From Bdellovibrionales bacterium (GTDB taxonomy: Bacteria; Bdellovibrionota; UBA1018; CAIMNF01): a DNA stretch of 64,000 nucleotides. Below, piece by piece: positions 29,683-38,981 of the stretch; the first letter of the stretch is position 1, and each line of letters opens with the position of its first letter. A model generated the notes under the pieces. It searched no databases. It was not told where the DNA came from and worked only from the letters and a program-made list of their open reading frames with translations. A program made the position numbers and the translations under genes. The stretch is taken from assembly GCA_947462765.1 (NCBI GenBank), contig CANHQK010000002.1, positions 38,099-102,098 on the forward strand. Direction: 5' to 3'.

Positions 29683-30510
29683 ATGATGCGGATTCTGTTC
29701 TTCGGAGACGTTTTTGGGAAGCCGGGCAGGCAAGCGGTGAAGCGGGCCATTCTGAAGCTCATGCCGGATTACTCTCCCGACTTCATCATTGTGAACGGCG
29801 AGAACGCCTCACACGGCAAGGGAATCACCGAAAAAATCGCGCACGAGTTTTTCGATATGGGTGTGGACCTCATCACCACCGGGAACCATGCTTGGGATCA
29901 GGCCGAGTCCATCGATTTCTATGCCAAGTGCGATCGATTGCTCCGTCCGGCCAATTACGCCGATGCCGATCCACCGATCGTTCCAGGCAAGGGTGTGGCT
30001 GTGATCGAGTCGAAGAACCGCCCGAACCTGAGATTGGGTGTGGTGCTGCTCATGGGCCGTGTCTTCATGGATGCACTCGAGTGTCCTTTCCATCGGGGAA
30101 AGCGGGAGATCGATAAGTTGAAGAATGCCGGGGTTCGCAACATCCTCGTCGATTTTCACGGTGAGGCGAGCTCTGAAAAACAGGCCTTCACCTGGTTCAT
30201 GGACGGACAGGTCTCGGCTGTTGTGGGGACCCACTCCCATGTGCAAACCGCCGACGAGCGGGTGAGTCCGGCCGGCACCGCTGCGATCACCGATGTCGGC
30301 ATGAGCGGTTGCTATGATTCGGTGATCGGCATGAGAAAAGATCTGGTTATCCGCAAGTTCCTGACCAAGATGCCGGTTCGCTTCGAGCCTGCCGAGGGGC
30401 CGGGTGGCTACGGTTGCGTGATCATCGACATCGATGAAAAAACGGGTAAGGCCGTAAAAATAGTCCGTTTAAGGGAATCGATCATCCAGTGGGAGGGGCC
30501 CGAGATTTGA
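29683..30510 (+). CDS. YmdB-like metallophosphoesterase (2',3'-cyclic-nucleotide phosphodiesterase, TIGR00282 family)
   Basis: 'MRILFFGDVFGKPGR', 'DFIIVNGENASHGKG', 'TTGNHAWD', 'GTHSHVQTAD' motifs. Confidence 0.85.
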   Translation: MMRILFFGDVFGKPGRQAVKRAILKLMPDYSPDFIIVNGENASHGKGITEKIAHEFFDMGVDLITTGNHAWDQAESIDFYAKCDRLLRPANYADADPPIVPGKGVAVIESKNRPNLRLGVVLLMGRVFMDALECPFHRGKREIDKLKNAGVRNILVDFHGEASSEKQAFTWFMDGQVSAVVGTHSHVQTADERVSPAGTAAITDVGMSGCYDSVIGMRKDLVIRKFLTKMPVRFEPAEGPGGYGCVIIDIDEKTGKAVKIVRLRESIIQWEGPEI

Positions 30511-31202
30511 AGCCCGAGCATCACGCCTACCAGCAATTCATCCAGTGGGTCCAGGAGGACTTGAACCAGCACCGTCTCATGGTGAACCGGAAGGTGTTCA
30601 GTGTCGTATTCTGGTGCCTGGTGCTCCCGGCACTCATGTCCTTGGTCCTTTATGGTCTCAGGAAGTTTCAGATTCTCAATGAAGTCCGGCAATTCTCGGT
30701 TCTGGTTTTCACGCCGCCTTTTTTGTACGCCCTTTATTCCATCTGGCCCACTTTCCGTGAGATCCCTCGCGTTTTCAAGAAGGGGGGCATTGGTGCCACG
30801 CTCGAGGAGAGTGTGCGGGAGGTCGAGTGGCGGGAGCAAATCGTCCAGCGCTTGAGTCAGGAGGTTCGACTGACTTCAAGAGAATGGAAGTTGGTCGGAT
30901 TCCATCTGGAACGCGAAATCGATCGGATGCGGATGCAAAACCGTCACATGACCCTTCTCTCGGGGGTGGTGCTTTTTTTCATGTTCCAATTCCTCGATCT
31001 CGGAAGCTTGCCGGAGGAAGTGAACGGAGCCGGAGCGGGTGAATTGGTCCGCTCCTGGGTGGAACAACTTTCGCAATGGGGCGGACAGGTGTTTTCGCTT
31101 CTGCTTTTTTCAACCCTGTTTTATCTGTCCGGAACGCAGATTCATCGATATCTGGAACGCTATCGGGTGTGCGTCGAGCGCTTGGGACAGAGTTTCGACT
31201 GA
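30489..31202 (+). CDS. Hypothetical membrane protein
   Basis: Several predicted TM helices; overlaps the YmdB stop; no known domain. Confidence 0.5.
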   Translation: MGGARDLKPEHHAYQQFIQWVQEDLNQHRLMVNRKVFSVVFWCLVLPALMSLVLYGLRKFQILNEVRQFSVLVFTPPFLYALYSIWPTFREIPRVFKKGGIGATLEESVREVEWREQIVQRLSQEVRLTSREWKLVGFHLEREIDRMRMQNRHMTLLSGVVLFFMFQFLDLGSLPEEVNGAGAGELVRSWVEQLSQWGGQVFSLLLFSTLFYLSGTQIHRYLERYRVCVERLGQSFD

Positions 31203-31205
31203 GCC

Positions 31206-31526
31206 TTAGCAGGTTCCGTCTGAGCAGGCTTCTTTCGCAGCTTTTTTACCGCATCCGCCGTTTTTGCCACAGCCACCCTTGCCGCAATTGCCGCTTCCAC
31301 ACTTCGAAACAGCTTCGAATACCCATGGGCGGGGGATGTCGTTCAAGGCACGGATCGCCTCGAAGGGATTATCGAACTCGCGCACACCCAGGCTTTCCCC
31401 GGTGGTGTGACGCACAATAAATGCGGTGTAGCTTCCCGGATTGCTCTCGCTTTCCGTGATCCCGGCCATGAGCTCTTCGTCGATCAGAAACCCTTTTTTG
31501 AAGTTCTCGGCGGTGAATTTTTCCAT
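31206..31526 (-). CDS. Hypothetical small protein with C-terminal Cys/Gly/Lys repeat tail (candidate metal-binding)
   Basis: 106 aa; C-terminus 'CGSGNCGKGGCGKNGGCGKKAAKEACSDGTC' (7 Cys in 31 aa). Confidence 0.55.
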   Translation of the reverse strand: MEKFTAENFKKGFLIDEELMAGITESESNPGSYTAFIVRHTTGESLGVREFDNPFEAIRALNDIPRPWVFEAVSKCGSGNCGKGGCGKNGGCGKKAAKEACSDGTC

Positions 31527-31545
31527 GCCCTCACATTAGGGGAGG

Positions 31546-32319
31546 GTGTCGGAAAAGTCAAAACGAGACTATGATGGAAAAGGCATGCCAAATCGCCGGA
31601 ATTCCAAGCAAAAAGGTCGAGTGAGCCTTGAGAGGGCCCTGTCCAAGCTCGGTCTCTGTTCGCGGACAGAGGCCCGGGGCTGGATCGAGGCGGGTCGGGT
31701 GAAGGTTCACGGTTCGGTGGAGCGCGATCCGTCCCGACAGGTGAATCCGGATACCGCTCATGTCGAAGTCGATGGGACCAAGGCGGTTCGCGAAGAAGGG
31801 CGACTCATTCTACTCCATAAGCCCACGGGCGTCTTGACCACGAAGCGCGATCCCGAAGGCCGTCCGACCATTTACTCGCTCCTCCCTCCCGAGCTCCATT
31901 CTCTCCATCCGGTCGGCAGGCTCGACCTTCATACGAGTGGCCTATTGCTGTTGACCAACCTCACCCGGCTCTCGAGCTTTTTGACCGACCCTGTAAACGC
32001 CATTCCGCGCATCTACATCGTAGGTGTGGAGGGGCGGGTGCTCGAGGAGGCGCTTCGCAACATGGAAGCGGGGATCGAGGATGATGGAGAAATCCTGAAA
32101 GCCCGTTCGGCTGCACTTCTGAAATCGAGCGGAAAGGAAAGCCTGCTCCGGTTGGAATTGGTGGAAGGAAAGAATCGTGAGGTCCGAAGGCTTTGTGCCG
32201 GTATGGGCCATGAGGTCCGGAGCCTGAAGCGGGTGTCCTTCGGCTCCTTTGAGCTCGGGGACCTCACTCCGGGGAGTTGGCGCGAGGAAGATCCGGGCAA
32301 GGTCAACGGTTTCAGTTGA
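31546..32319 (+). CDS. S4-domain pseudouridine synthase (RsuA/RluB family)
   Basis: S4 domain 'LERALSKLGLCSRTEARGWIEAGRVKVHG', catalytic 'HPVGRLDLHTSGLLLLTN'; alternative start at 31585. Confidence 0.85.
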   Translation: MSEKSKRDYDGKGMPNRRNSKQKGRVSLERALSKLGLCSRTEARGWIEAGRVKVHGSVERDPSRQVNPDTAHVEVDGTKAVREEGRLILLHKPTGVLTTKRDPEGRPTIYSLLPPELHSLHPVGRLDLHTSGLLLLTNLTRLSSFLTDPVNAIPRIYIVGVEGRVLEEALRNMEAGIEDDGEILKARSAALLKSSGKESLLRLELVEGKNREVRRLCAGMGHEVRSLKRVSFGSFELGDLTPGSWREEDPGKVNGFS

Positions 32320-32380
32320 TTCGCGGGTAGGGCTTGAGATGGTCCGAGGCTCCCGATAGACTGAGGGAAGGGAGAAATAC

Positions 32381-32626
32381 ATGAACGCGTTCCTGAAAAG
32401 ACTGAAGTCAAATGAGGGTTTCACCCTGGTGGAGATGATGATCGTGGGAGCGATTCTCTCGGTCCTGGTCCTCGCCTTCACTGGGTACATGTATCAGCAA
32501 GCTCGACAGACCAAATCCATGAGTGAGAAGCAGAGCTACAACCAGCTGAAAGCCAACGTTCTCAATGCCACCACTCAGCCGGACACTTTGACCGCTTCCG
32601 AAGCGATCACTTTCGACAAACTTTGA
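32381..32626 (+). CDS. Short type IV pilin / pseudopilin with class III (prepilin) signal
   Basis: 'KSNEG|FTLVEMMIVGAILSVLV' prepilin cleavage/methylation motif (G-F-T-L-x-E); 81 aa precursor (~60 aa mature) like Geobacter PilA-N; good RBS GGGAG. Confidence 0.8.
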   Translation: MNAFLKRLKSNEGFTLVEMMIVGAILSVLVLAFTGYMYQQARQTKSMSEKQSYNQLKANVLNATTQPDTLTASEAITFDKL

Positions 32627-32667
32627 TCGCGGCTTCCGGGTTTTGCCGGTGGGTACAGGAGATTCTC

Positions 32668-33375
32668 ATGCTGATGGTTCTCGCGTTGTGGCTGGCCTGC
32701 TTCCCCGATGCTGCGATTGCCGGTACGAAATGGGGATTGAGTTTGGATTTTTCCTCGATTTCCACATCGGTTTCCGACGGAGGAGTTGATTCGAAGTTCT
32801 CAGGTACGGTGCTGCCCGAATTGAGGCCTGAGATTCAGTGGGACCTTGCCGAAGGTCAGGAACAGCTCAAGGTCTGGCTTCAAGCGACTCGCTTTCAGTT
32901 CGACGAGGGTACGAAAACACTGGTGAACAACGGGCAGTTTTTTTTTGGAGGCGGCGTATCCTGGGGGCGGTACTTCACGCCGGGGAGCTTGTCGATCGGC
33001 CTGGTGTTCGCTCAACGGCCGGTTTGGGTATCTGAAGGCGTAAATGCCTGGAATCTTTCAAAAAATATTCTGGTCGGTCTTCCGGTGGAAGCCAGGACCA
33101 AGCTCGTGGTTTTGGAAGGGGAATGGATCGGGGCGGGTGTAAAGATCACTCCACTTTTGCTGGGAATCAACCGATCAGGTTCGGGATACAGCGCGGGAGC
33201 CTTTTTGGAGTACGAGACAAGGGCCTTGAGAGAGGTGGGAGTTCGATTGTTTTATGAGATTCGTGAAATGACATTTTCGAATCTGGGGCAATCGGATGTG
33301 GTCATCGGGATTTCAGGTCGCTTGAGTTTCAATGATGTGCTGTCGGATTCCGTGCCGATGGACGAGAGAGAGTGA
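32668..33375 (+). CDS. Hypothetical secreted protein (immediately downstream of the pilin; possible PilA-C-like partner)
   Basis: Signal peptide 'MLMVLALWLACFPDAAIAGT' with AGGAG RBS 7 nt upstream of ATG 32668; the table ORF begins at an upstream in-frame TTG. Confidence 0.55.
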   Translation: MLMVLALWLACFPDAAIAGTKWGLSLDFSSISTSVSDGGVDSKFSGTVLPELRPEIQWDLAEGQEQLKVWLQATRFQFDEGTKTLVNNGQFFFGGGVSWGRYFTPGSLSIGLVFAQRPVWVSEGVNAWNLSKNILVGLPVEARTKLVVLEGEWIGAGVKITPLLLGINRSGSGYSAGAFLEYETRALREVGVRLFYEIREMTFSNLGQSDVVIGISGRLSFNDVLSDSVPMDERE

Positions 33376-33397
33376 TCGAGGATTGTATTCAAAAAAG

Positions 33398-34402
33398 ATG
33401 ACATTATTCATGATGCTACTCGGGATCGTCCACGTGGGTGGGACCTCGGCCCGGGCTCAGTCGAGGGACCTCACCTCTCTGTGCGGACTTGAACCCGTCC
33501 CAGCCGGTTTGGTGGTGATCGACGATGGATTTTGTCACCACTATCTAGAGTCCGAGGCTGAGCGACTGGGGAAGGTGGTGGTCGCGGGTCTTGAAGCACC
33601 GAAAGCTCATTCTGCTTGTACTCCCGCTCCAAGTCCAACCCCTAAAGACCGTTGGAAGATCCGACTTTATGCAAGCCACTCCTTCACCACCTATTTCAAC
33701 TCAGATGTGAAGTTCGACACTTCCCGCTATCAGGTGGAAATCAAGGACTACGAGTGGGCCGAGCGGGGCTCACGCAGCTACTTCAACCCGAAGTATTGGG
33801 GTGAGGAAGGGCGCAATCCATTCCAGTTCATTGATGAACCTTCTAACACGTTTACTTTGAGCATCGAGAAAGACGGACATGAGTTTTTTCTGACCTCTTT
33901 TCATCCCAAGTACCTGCAGGCTCAGGGGCAAGTGAAGCCTATGGCAGGAACCATTGACGGTCAGCAGGTGAACGGGGTTCTTCCGGTTCCTTTTGTCGAG
34001 AACCGGAACACCTACCGACAGATCACTTTGGAGGCGGGATACGGGCATCGCTTCAAACTGGTCGATTCACGTTATGGGAACCTCACTTATGTGCCGAGTG
34101 TCTCGGCCGGGGTGATGATCGGCGGGAATGTCAGTCGTGTGCGTGACCCCGTGACCGGTGAGATCACCCCGGAAAGTCAGGACGCATTCCGTGTACAAGG
34201 GCTCGGTGGGAGTCTGACCAACCGGTTAGAGTTCAACACGCCCAAGGAACGTTTCGGCGTTTTTTACGAGAACAAGCTGAGTGGATTCGCGCTCAAGCAT
34301 GGTTTCGAGGACGGGACTCAACAATACAACCTCGGATTCATGGGAAACAGCGTGGGGATGAAATTCATGCTCTACAATCCGGCAAATCACAAAAAGAAGT
34401 GA
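33398..34402 (+). CDS. Hypothetical secreted protein
   Basis: Signal peptide 'MTLFMMLLGIVHVGGTSARAQS'; beta-rich composition; no recognised domain. Confidence 0.5.
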   Translation: MTLFMMLLGIVHVGGTSARAQSRDLTSLCGLEPVPAGLVVIDDGFCHHYLESEAERLGKVVVAGLEAPKAHSACTPAPSPTPKDRWKIRLYASHSFTTYFNSDVKFDTSRYQVEIKDYEWAERGSRSYFNPKYWGEEGRNPFQFIDEPSNTFTLSIEKDGHEFFLTSFHPKYLQAQGQVKPMAGTIDGQQVNGVLPVPFVENRNTYRQITLEAGYGHRFKLVDSRYGNLTYVPSVSAGVMIGGNVSRVRDPVTGEITPESQDAFRVQGLGGSLTNRLEFNTPKERFGVFYENKLSGFALKHGFEDGTQQYNLGFMGNSVGMKFMLYNPANHKKK

Positions 34403-35037
34403 GTGCCAGTTAAGGCGTTACGGATGCCGTGCAGTCCGAGTGCGACCAGAAGCCAGCCGGTTCCGCGGATGAGTCGAATCAAGGTGGTTTCTTGTACTGA
34501 GTCTCCCGACCGTGCCAGCCACCGGAGCATGCCTGTGAACCACAGCACGATCCCGACTCCGGCGCCAACTGCAAAGGCGAACGAATCGAGCATGCCGGAG
34601 TCGATCATCCGCCATCCATGCACCCAAGCCAAGACGGTGGTCCAAGTCATCATCAGGGTCGGATTCAGGATGCTGATCAGGAAGCCCATTCCGAAAGGGC
34701 CTCCCCGTTGCGAAGTAGAGAGGCTCGGGGCTTCCGGTGTTTGGCGTAAGGTTCCTGCTCGGAGGATGAAGTACAGACCGAGTCCGGTGAGAATGAGGCT
34801 GGCCAAGGAACGTGCCACGGCATCCACCATCGGAAAGGTCCGGAGCAGGGTGGCGTAACCGAGACAGGCCATGAAAACATAGACTGACTCGGCAAGGGCC
34901 GCCCCCGTGGCGAGCAATCGGCCCTCGGCTTCCCTCTGTTGCAGTCCAAGGCGCACGATCAGGGCAGAAACCGGTCCCGCGACCGGTATGGCACCGAAGA
35001 AGCCGAAAAGCGCGCCGAGTAAAAGTGCGAGTCCCAT
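34387..35037 (-). CDS. LysE/RhtB-family amino-acid exporter
   Basis: ~215 aa, six TM helices, 'FLISILNPTLMMTW' motif typical of the LysE family. Confidence 0.7.
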   Translation of the reverse strand: MGLALLLGALFGFFGAIPVAGPVSALIVRLGLQQREAEGRLLATGAALAESVYVFMACLGYATLLRTFPMVDAVARSLASLILTGLGLYFILRAGTLRQTPEAPSLSTSQRGGPFGMGFLISILNPTLMMTWTTVLAWVHGWRMIDSGMLDSFAFAVGAGVGIVLWFTGMLRWLARSGDSVQETTLIRLIRGTGWLLVALGLHGIRNALTGTHFFL

Positions 35038-35126
35038 ACTGGCCAGATCTTACTCACAAGAACGTGGACGGTCGAGGGGGTTTCGGAGAAGATCAAGGCC
35101 AGGCAATGGGTTAGTCAGGAGGTTCC

Positions 35127-35834
35127 ATGCGCAATAAATTGGTTTATGATTGGCCGACAAGGATCTTCCATTGGACTTTCGCATTGGGGTTTGTGCTTGC
35201 CTATGCCATTGCTAAGACCCAAGACGAGGATTCCTTCCGTTTTCCGGTTCACATGTTGATCGGACTCGGCTGGTCCGCTCTCATTCTCTTCCGGATACTT
35301 TGGGGAGTGATCGGGAGCCGGCACGCACGTTTTTCAGGGTTCAGTCTCGGGCTTTCCTCCGTCATCGGGTACTTCCTGTCATTTTGGAGCAAGAGAGACC
35401 GTGATCCGGCGGGGCACAATCCGGCCTCGAGTTGGGTGGCTCTCCTGATGTTATGGATGGGATCCGGTCTCGTGTTGAGCGGTCTCTTGATGGTCAACGG
35501 GAAATTCGGAGAGTTGGCGGAGGAGATCCATGAATGGTGCGGCAACGGCTTTTTAATCCTCGCCGGTCTGCATGTCTCCGGAGTACTCATTCATCTGGCC
35601 CGTAAACGTGATGGAATCGCATTCAGTATGGTCGATGGGCGGAAGAACAGTGAGACCCTTGGAGAGGCCATTGCCTCAGCCCGGCCCGTTTCGGGATTAT
35701 TATTGGTGATCAGTCTGTTTGCCATCTCCGTCGGCCTGGTTCGGGCCTATGATTCTCCGTCTCGTACTCTGAAGTTATTAGGAATTTCCTTGAGTCTGGG
35801 AGAGCCAGAGGAAAAACCAGAGGAGCAGGATTGA
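35127..35834 (+). CDS. Cytochrome b561 family protein (CybB-like)
   Basis: 'VYDWPTRIFHWTFAL' N-terminal motif with conserved His in TM1 and further His in later helices. Confidence 0.7.
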   Translation: MRNKLVYDWPTRIFHWTFALGFVLAYAIAKTQDEDSFRFPVHMLIGLGWSALILFRILWGVIGSRHARFSGFSLGLSSVIGYFLSFWSKRDRDPAGHNPASSWVALLMLWMGSGLVLSGLLMVNGKFGELAEEIHEWCGNGFLILAGLHVSGVLIHLARKRDGIAFSMVDGRKNSETLGEAIASARPVSGLLLVISLFAISVGLVRAYDSPSRTLKLLGISLSLGEPEEKPEEQD

Positions 35835-35840
35835 CCGAGC

Positions 35841-36773
35841 ATGGGACACGATCACAGTCATCATCACCACCATCACCCCACGCCTGAGGAAGCCGATCAG
35901 TTGAGCGGCGTGTTCGCCTGGAGTGTGGGGCTCAATCTCCTGCTGGTTGCTGTCCAGGCTTGGGCGGGGTGGCGCTACGGTTCTTTGGCGCTTTTATCGG
36001 ATTCAGGGCACAACGCCGGGGATGTGGTCGGCCTCCTCCTTGCGTGGGGGGCGTGGCGGGTTTCCCATTGGAGGCCATCGGGGCGCTTCACCTACGGGAT
36101 GAAGGGGGCTTCAGTATTTGCTCCATTGGTCCAATCCTGTTTGATTCTGTTTGCGATGGGAATGATCGCATGGGAGTCGATCGAAAGACTTTCTGATCAG
36201 AGCGGTCCCCGCCTGGATTCGACAATGGTCATGGCTTTTGCCGGGCTCGGGATTCTCATTAATGGTGGTTCCGCACTGCTGTTTTTGAAGCGACAGGGTG
36301 ATGATCTCAATCTGAGGGGAGCCTACTTGCATCTCATGGCTGATGCATGGGTCTCGGGCGGCGTCTTGGTTTCCGCAGGGCTGATCGGGCTGACCGGGTG
36401 GTTGTGGATCGATCCTGTGGTGAGCCTTGTTGTTTGTGCGTGGGTGTTGAAAAGTACTTGGGGATTGCTTGCCGACTCGACTTCCCTGGCTTTACATGCA
36501 GCGCCCTCGGGGATTATTCCCCATGAGGTCGAGAACGCTCTCCTACAGATCGAGGGAGTGTGTGAAGTTCATGACCTGCATATCTGGAACGTAGGAAGCG
36601 CGCATACCGTGCTAACCTGCCACCTTCTGATCGACACGAAGTCCCTGAGCCCGGAAGCGATTCTTCAACAGGCCACTCATGTGGTGCAGGAGGAGTACGA
36701 TATCGATCAATCGACCATCCAGATCGAGACTGATCAAGGACAGTCGGATGTCGGTCTGAAGCGGAAGCGGTGA
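35841..36773 (+). CDS. Cation diffusion facilitator (CDF) family metal efflux transporter
   Basis: N-terminal His-rich 'HDHSHHHHHH', TM 'LLSDSGHNAGD' and 'HLMADAWVSGGV' metal-site motifs, C-terminal cytoplasmic domain. Confidence 0.85.
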   Translation: MGHDHSHHHHHHPTPEEADQLSGVFAWSVGLNLLLVAVQAWAGWRYGSLALLSDSGHNAGDVVGLLLAWGAWRVSHWRPSGRFTYGMKGASVFAPLVQSCLILFAMGMIAWESIERLSDQSGPRLDSTMVMAFAGLGILINGGSALLFLKRQGDDLNLRGAYLHLMADAWVSGGVLVSAGLIGLTGWLWIDPVVSLVVCAWVLKSTWGLLADSTSLALHAAPSGIIPHEVENALLQIEGVCEVHDLHIWNVGSAHTVLTCHLLIDTKSLSPEAILQQATHVVQEEYDIDQSTIQIETDQGQSDVGLKRKR

Positions 36774-37048
36774 CGGAGTCGGGTCTCGGTTCCGTCGGCT
36801 GCTTTGTGCTTCAGTCGGCAAGAAAGAATCAGATGTCTGGACTCGATCTCGTTCTTGAGGCGCCCTTCACTCTTGCAGAGCTCGGCGCAAGTGGCGAGAT
36901 CCATGGATTTGAAGCGAAGGGTGGTCACGGTGATTCCACCTTCGACGAGAGAGGTGCTGACCACCTTGAGGCGACAGGAATCAGTGGCTGGTACAGCAAG
37001 AGCGATCTGGGACACCAGTGGCAACAAAAGAACGATGATCCAATTCAT
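36734..37048 (-). CDS. Hypothetical small secreted Cys-containing protein
   Basis: Signal peptide 'MNWIIVLLLPLVSQIALA'; overlaps the CDF 3' end by 40 nt; weakly supported. Confidence 0.35.
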   Translation of the reverse strand: MNWIIVLLLPLVSQIALAVPATDSCRLKVVSTSLVEGGITVTTLRFKSMDLATCAELCKSEGRLKNEIESRHLILSCRLKHKAADGTETRLRHRFRFRPTSDCP

Positions 37049-37182
37049 GGCACCGCTTTTAATCCGGCACGAGTAACTTGACCAGCCAAAAAATCAGCTG
37101 CTTTGGTTGAAAATGGATCAAGAGGCAGGTCTTAATTGACGCACTGCGCCATCATTGACTATTCTGGAGATGGGGGTGTGAT

Positions 37183-37911
37183 TTGGGGTTTTTGGCACTC
37201 ATGGTGGGCCTTTTCGGGGTGGCGTTGTCGGCTGGCGCTGGCGAGCTCAACTCTCTTGAGACCCTCCGTGATCGAATGGAGGTCATTGAGACCCAGGTTG
37301 GCTTGGCCTGTGACGGAAAAGGGCTCGAGACCCATGAGGCCAAGATCGATCTGGCGGACCGTTTGATCTCTAAAGAAGGGCCCATTTCGAGAATCCAGAG
37401 GGACCTCGGTTCAGCGGTCCGGGTGGTGGGGGCCGATATTGAGTATGCGAGGGAACGGGTGGCAGACCGCTATCGCCAAACCCAGGCTGTTCGAATGGAG
37501 TCTCAGCTGATCAGGGTAGAAGCCGCACGTCGGCGGTTGTTCCGAGAGGGAGAGGGGGCTCGTGATGCTGTTCGTGTTGAGTATTCCCGATACCTTGAGA
37601 TCAAGAATCAGGATCCGGTTGCGCTGGCTTATTCCCAACCTGAATCGAGACAACGATTCCAAGGGGAGGTTGGCGAGATCCTCCGAGTCCGGAAAAAAGA
37701 AATGCAGGATTTGCTGTCTATCGGTTCCCGCGCGGACGCAGCCAGGATGAGGGCAGCCATGTGCTACTGTCGGGGTCATGATAGCCCATGGGATGATCGG
37801 TGTCCGGACGCCCTGGAATCATTGAAGCAGAAAACCGATTACGTAAAAGCCATTCAGAATTTCGAAAGAGCACGGGGAAAGATGAGTCGGATGGATCAAG
37901 AGGCCAAGTGA
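37183..37911 (+). CDS. Hypothetical secreted protein
   Basis: N-terminal hydrophobic segment (TTG start in the ORF table; ATG at 37201); charged helical body. Confidence 0.45.
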   Translation: MGFLALMVGLFGVALSAGAGELNSLETLRDRMEVIETQVGLACDGKGLETHEAKIDLADRLISKEGPISRIQRDLGSAVRVVGADIEYARERVADRYRQTQAVRMESQLIRVEAARRRLFREGEGARDAVRVEYSRYLEIKNQDPVALAYSQPESRQRFQGEVGEILRVRKKEMQDLLSIGSRADAARMRAAMCYCRGHDSPWDDRCPDALESLKQKTDYVKAIQNFERARGKMSRMDQEAK

Positions 37912-37933
37912 TGGATGCGAGGGACGAACGAAT

Positions 37934-38842
37934 TCAAATCTCGAATCGAAGTCCAAGGTTGATGCCGAAGCGTTGAAAATCGGTTTTACGGTACTCGAGT
38001 TTTTCTCCCACCAGAACGGATAAGTCGGCATCATCGACGGTGAATTCCGAGACGTCCGCGTAAGAAAAATCGAGATTGAGATCGAGGAAGAGTCCCTTCA
38101 AGCCGAGCGGGATCAAAGCTCCCGTTCCTAAGGTGAACTCAAAGGTGCTTCCCGAGGCCTTCAGGGCAAAAGGGTAGGCCAAGCGGAAATCACCATTGAA
38201 GTGGAAGTACCCGATCCCGATTTCACCATAAGTCCGGATCCAGTCCCATGGAAGATACTTGATGGTGAACATCCCCCCCAGGTCTACGGATTGACTTACG
38301 GAAAAAAGCGTCCCGGGAAAATTGCCTGTCACGGTGCCGATGGAGATTTCCCGGTCATAGGCTTGCTCGGCATCCCAACGGGTGTATTGAACAAAGAAGA
38401 GCAGGTCCTCACTTTTTCCGAAAGCCAGCCTGCCGCGGTATCCGGGCTTGGCAGTCATGGTTCCCGTCACGGTACGGAACCCCTCGCCTTCGAGCGTGAA
38501 ACCATTGGCCTGGGTTCCTTTCACGAGGGATGCGAAGCCGTGAAGGGAAGCCATGATGACAGTTCGCTCGGATTTCTTTTTGGGTTTCCGTTTGATGTTC
38601 TCAAAACACTCGGCTTTTGCTCGAAAGACGATCTTACCGTGTCGAAGGAGCAAGGTCCCGGGTACGGCTTGCGAGACAGTCGTCGAATAAAATCCGGGAG
38701 GGAGTTCATCAGGCTCTGCGTCCACCCAGGTCCGTTCCTGGCCTTTTTTGAGCTCACATGAGGCACCGCCCTCATAGCGTTTCATCTCACCGCTGTGAGC
38801 TGTCCCGACGAACAGCGTAATGAGAAACCAGAGCGGGGTCAT
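37934..38842 (-). CDS. Hypothetical outer-membrane beta-barrel-like protein
   Basis: Signal peptide 'MTPLWFLITLFVGTAHS'; C-terminal alternating hydrophobic beta-strand pattern. Confidence 0.5.
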   Translation of the reverse strand: MTPLWFLITLFVGTAHSGEMKRYEGGASCELKKGQERTWVDAEPDELPPGFYSTTVSQAVPGTLLLRHGKIVFRAKAECFENIKRKPKKKSERTVIMASLHGFASLVKGTQANGFTLEGEGFRTVTGTMTAKPGYRGRLAFGKSEDLLFFVQYTRWDAEQAYDREISIGTVTGNFPGTLFSVSQSVDLGGMFTIKYLPWDWIRTYGEIGIGYFHFNGDFRLAYPFALKASGSTFEFTLGTGALIPLGLKGLFLDLNLDFSYADVSEFTVDDADLSVLVGEKLEYRKTDFQRFGINLGLRFEI

Positions 38843-38981
38843 TCATTCGAGAATAACAGGGGGAAGGAAGAGCAGGTAGTTTTCAGTCGAATGGGCAACT
38901 GTCAAAAAATTGTCGCAAGCTCAACTGGGCGCATCATTTTTTCGGGGGACGGCTTGTGTCTTCATCCGGGTCAGGAATAGA

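Noticed and set aside
32320-32380. Sigma-54 (-24/-12, TGGCAC-N5-TTGC) promoter upstream of the pilin gene
   Set aside because: No convincing GG-N10-GC element was found, even though the window encodes several sigma-54 activators.
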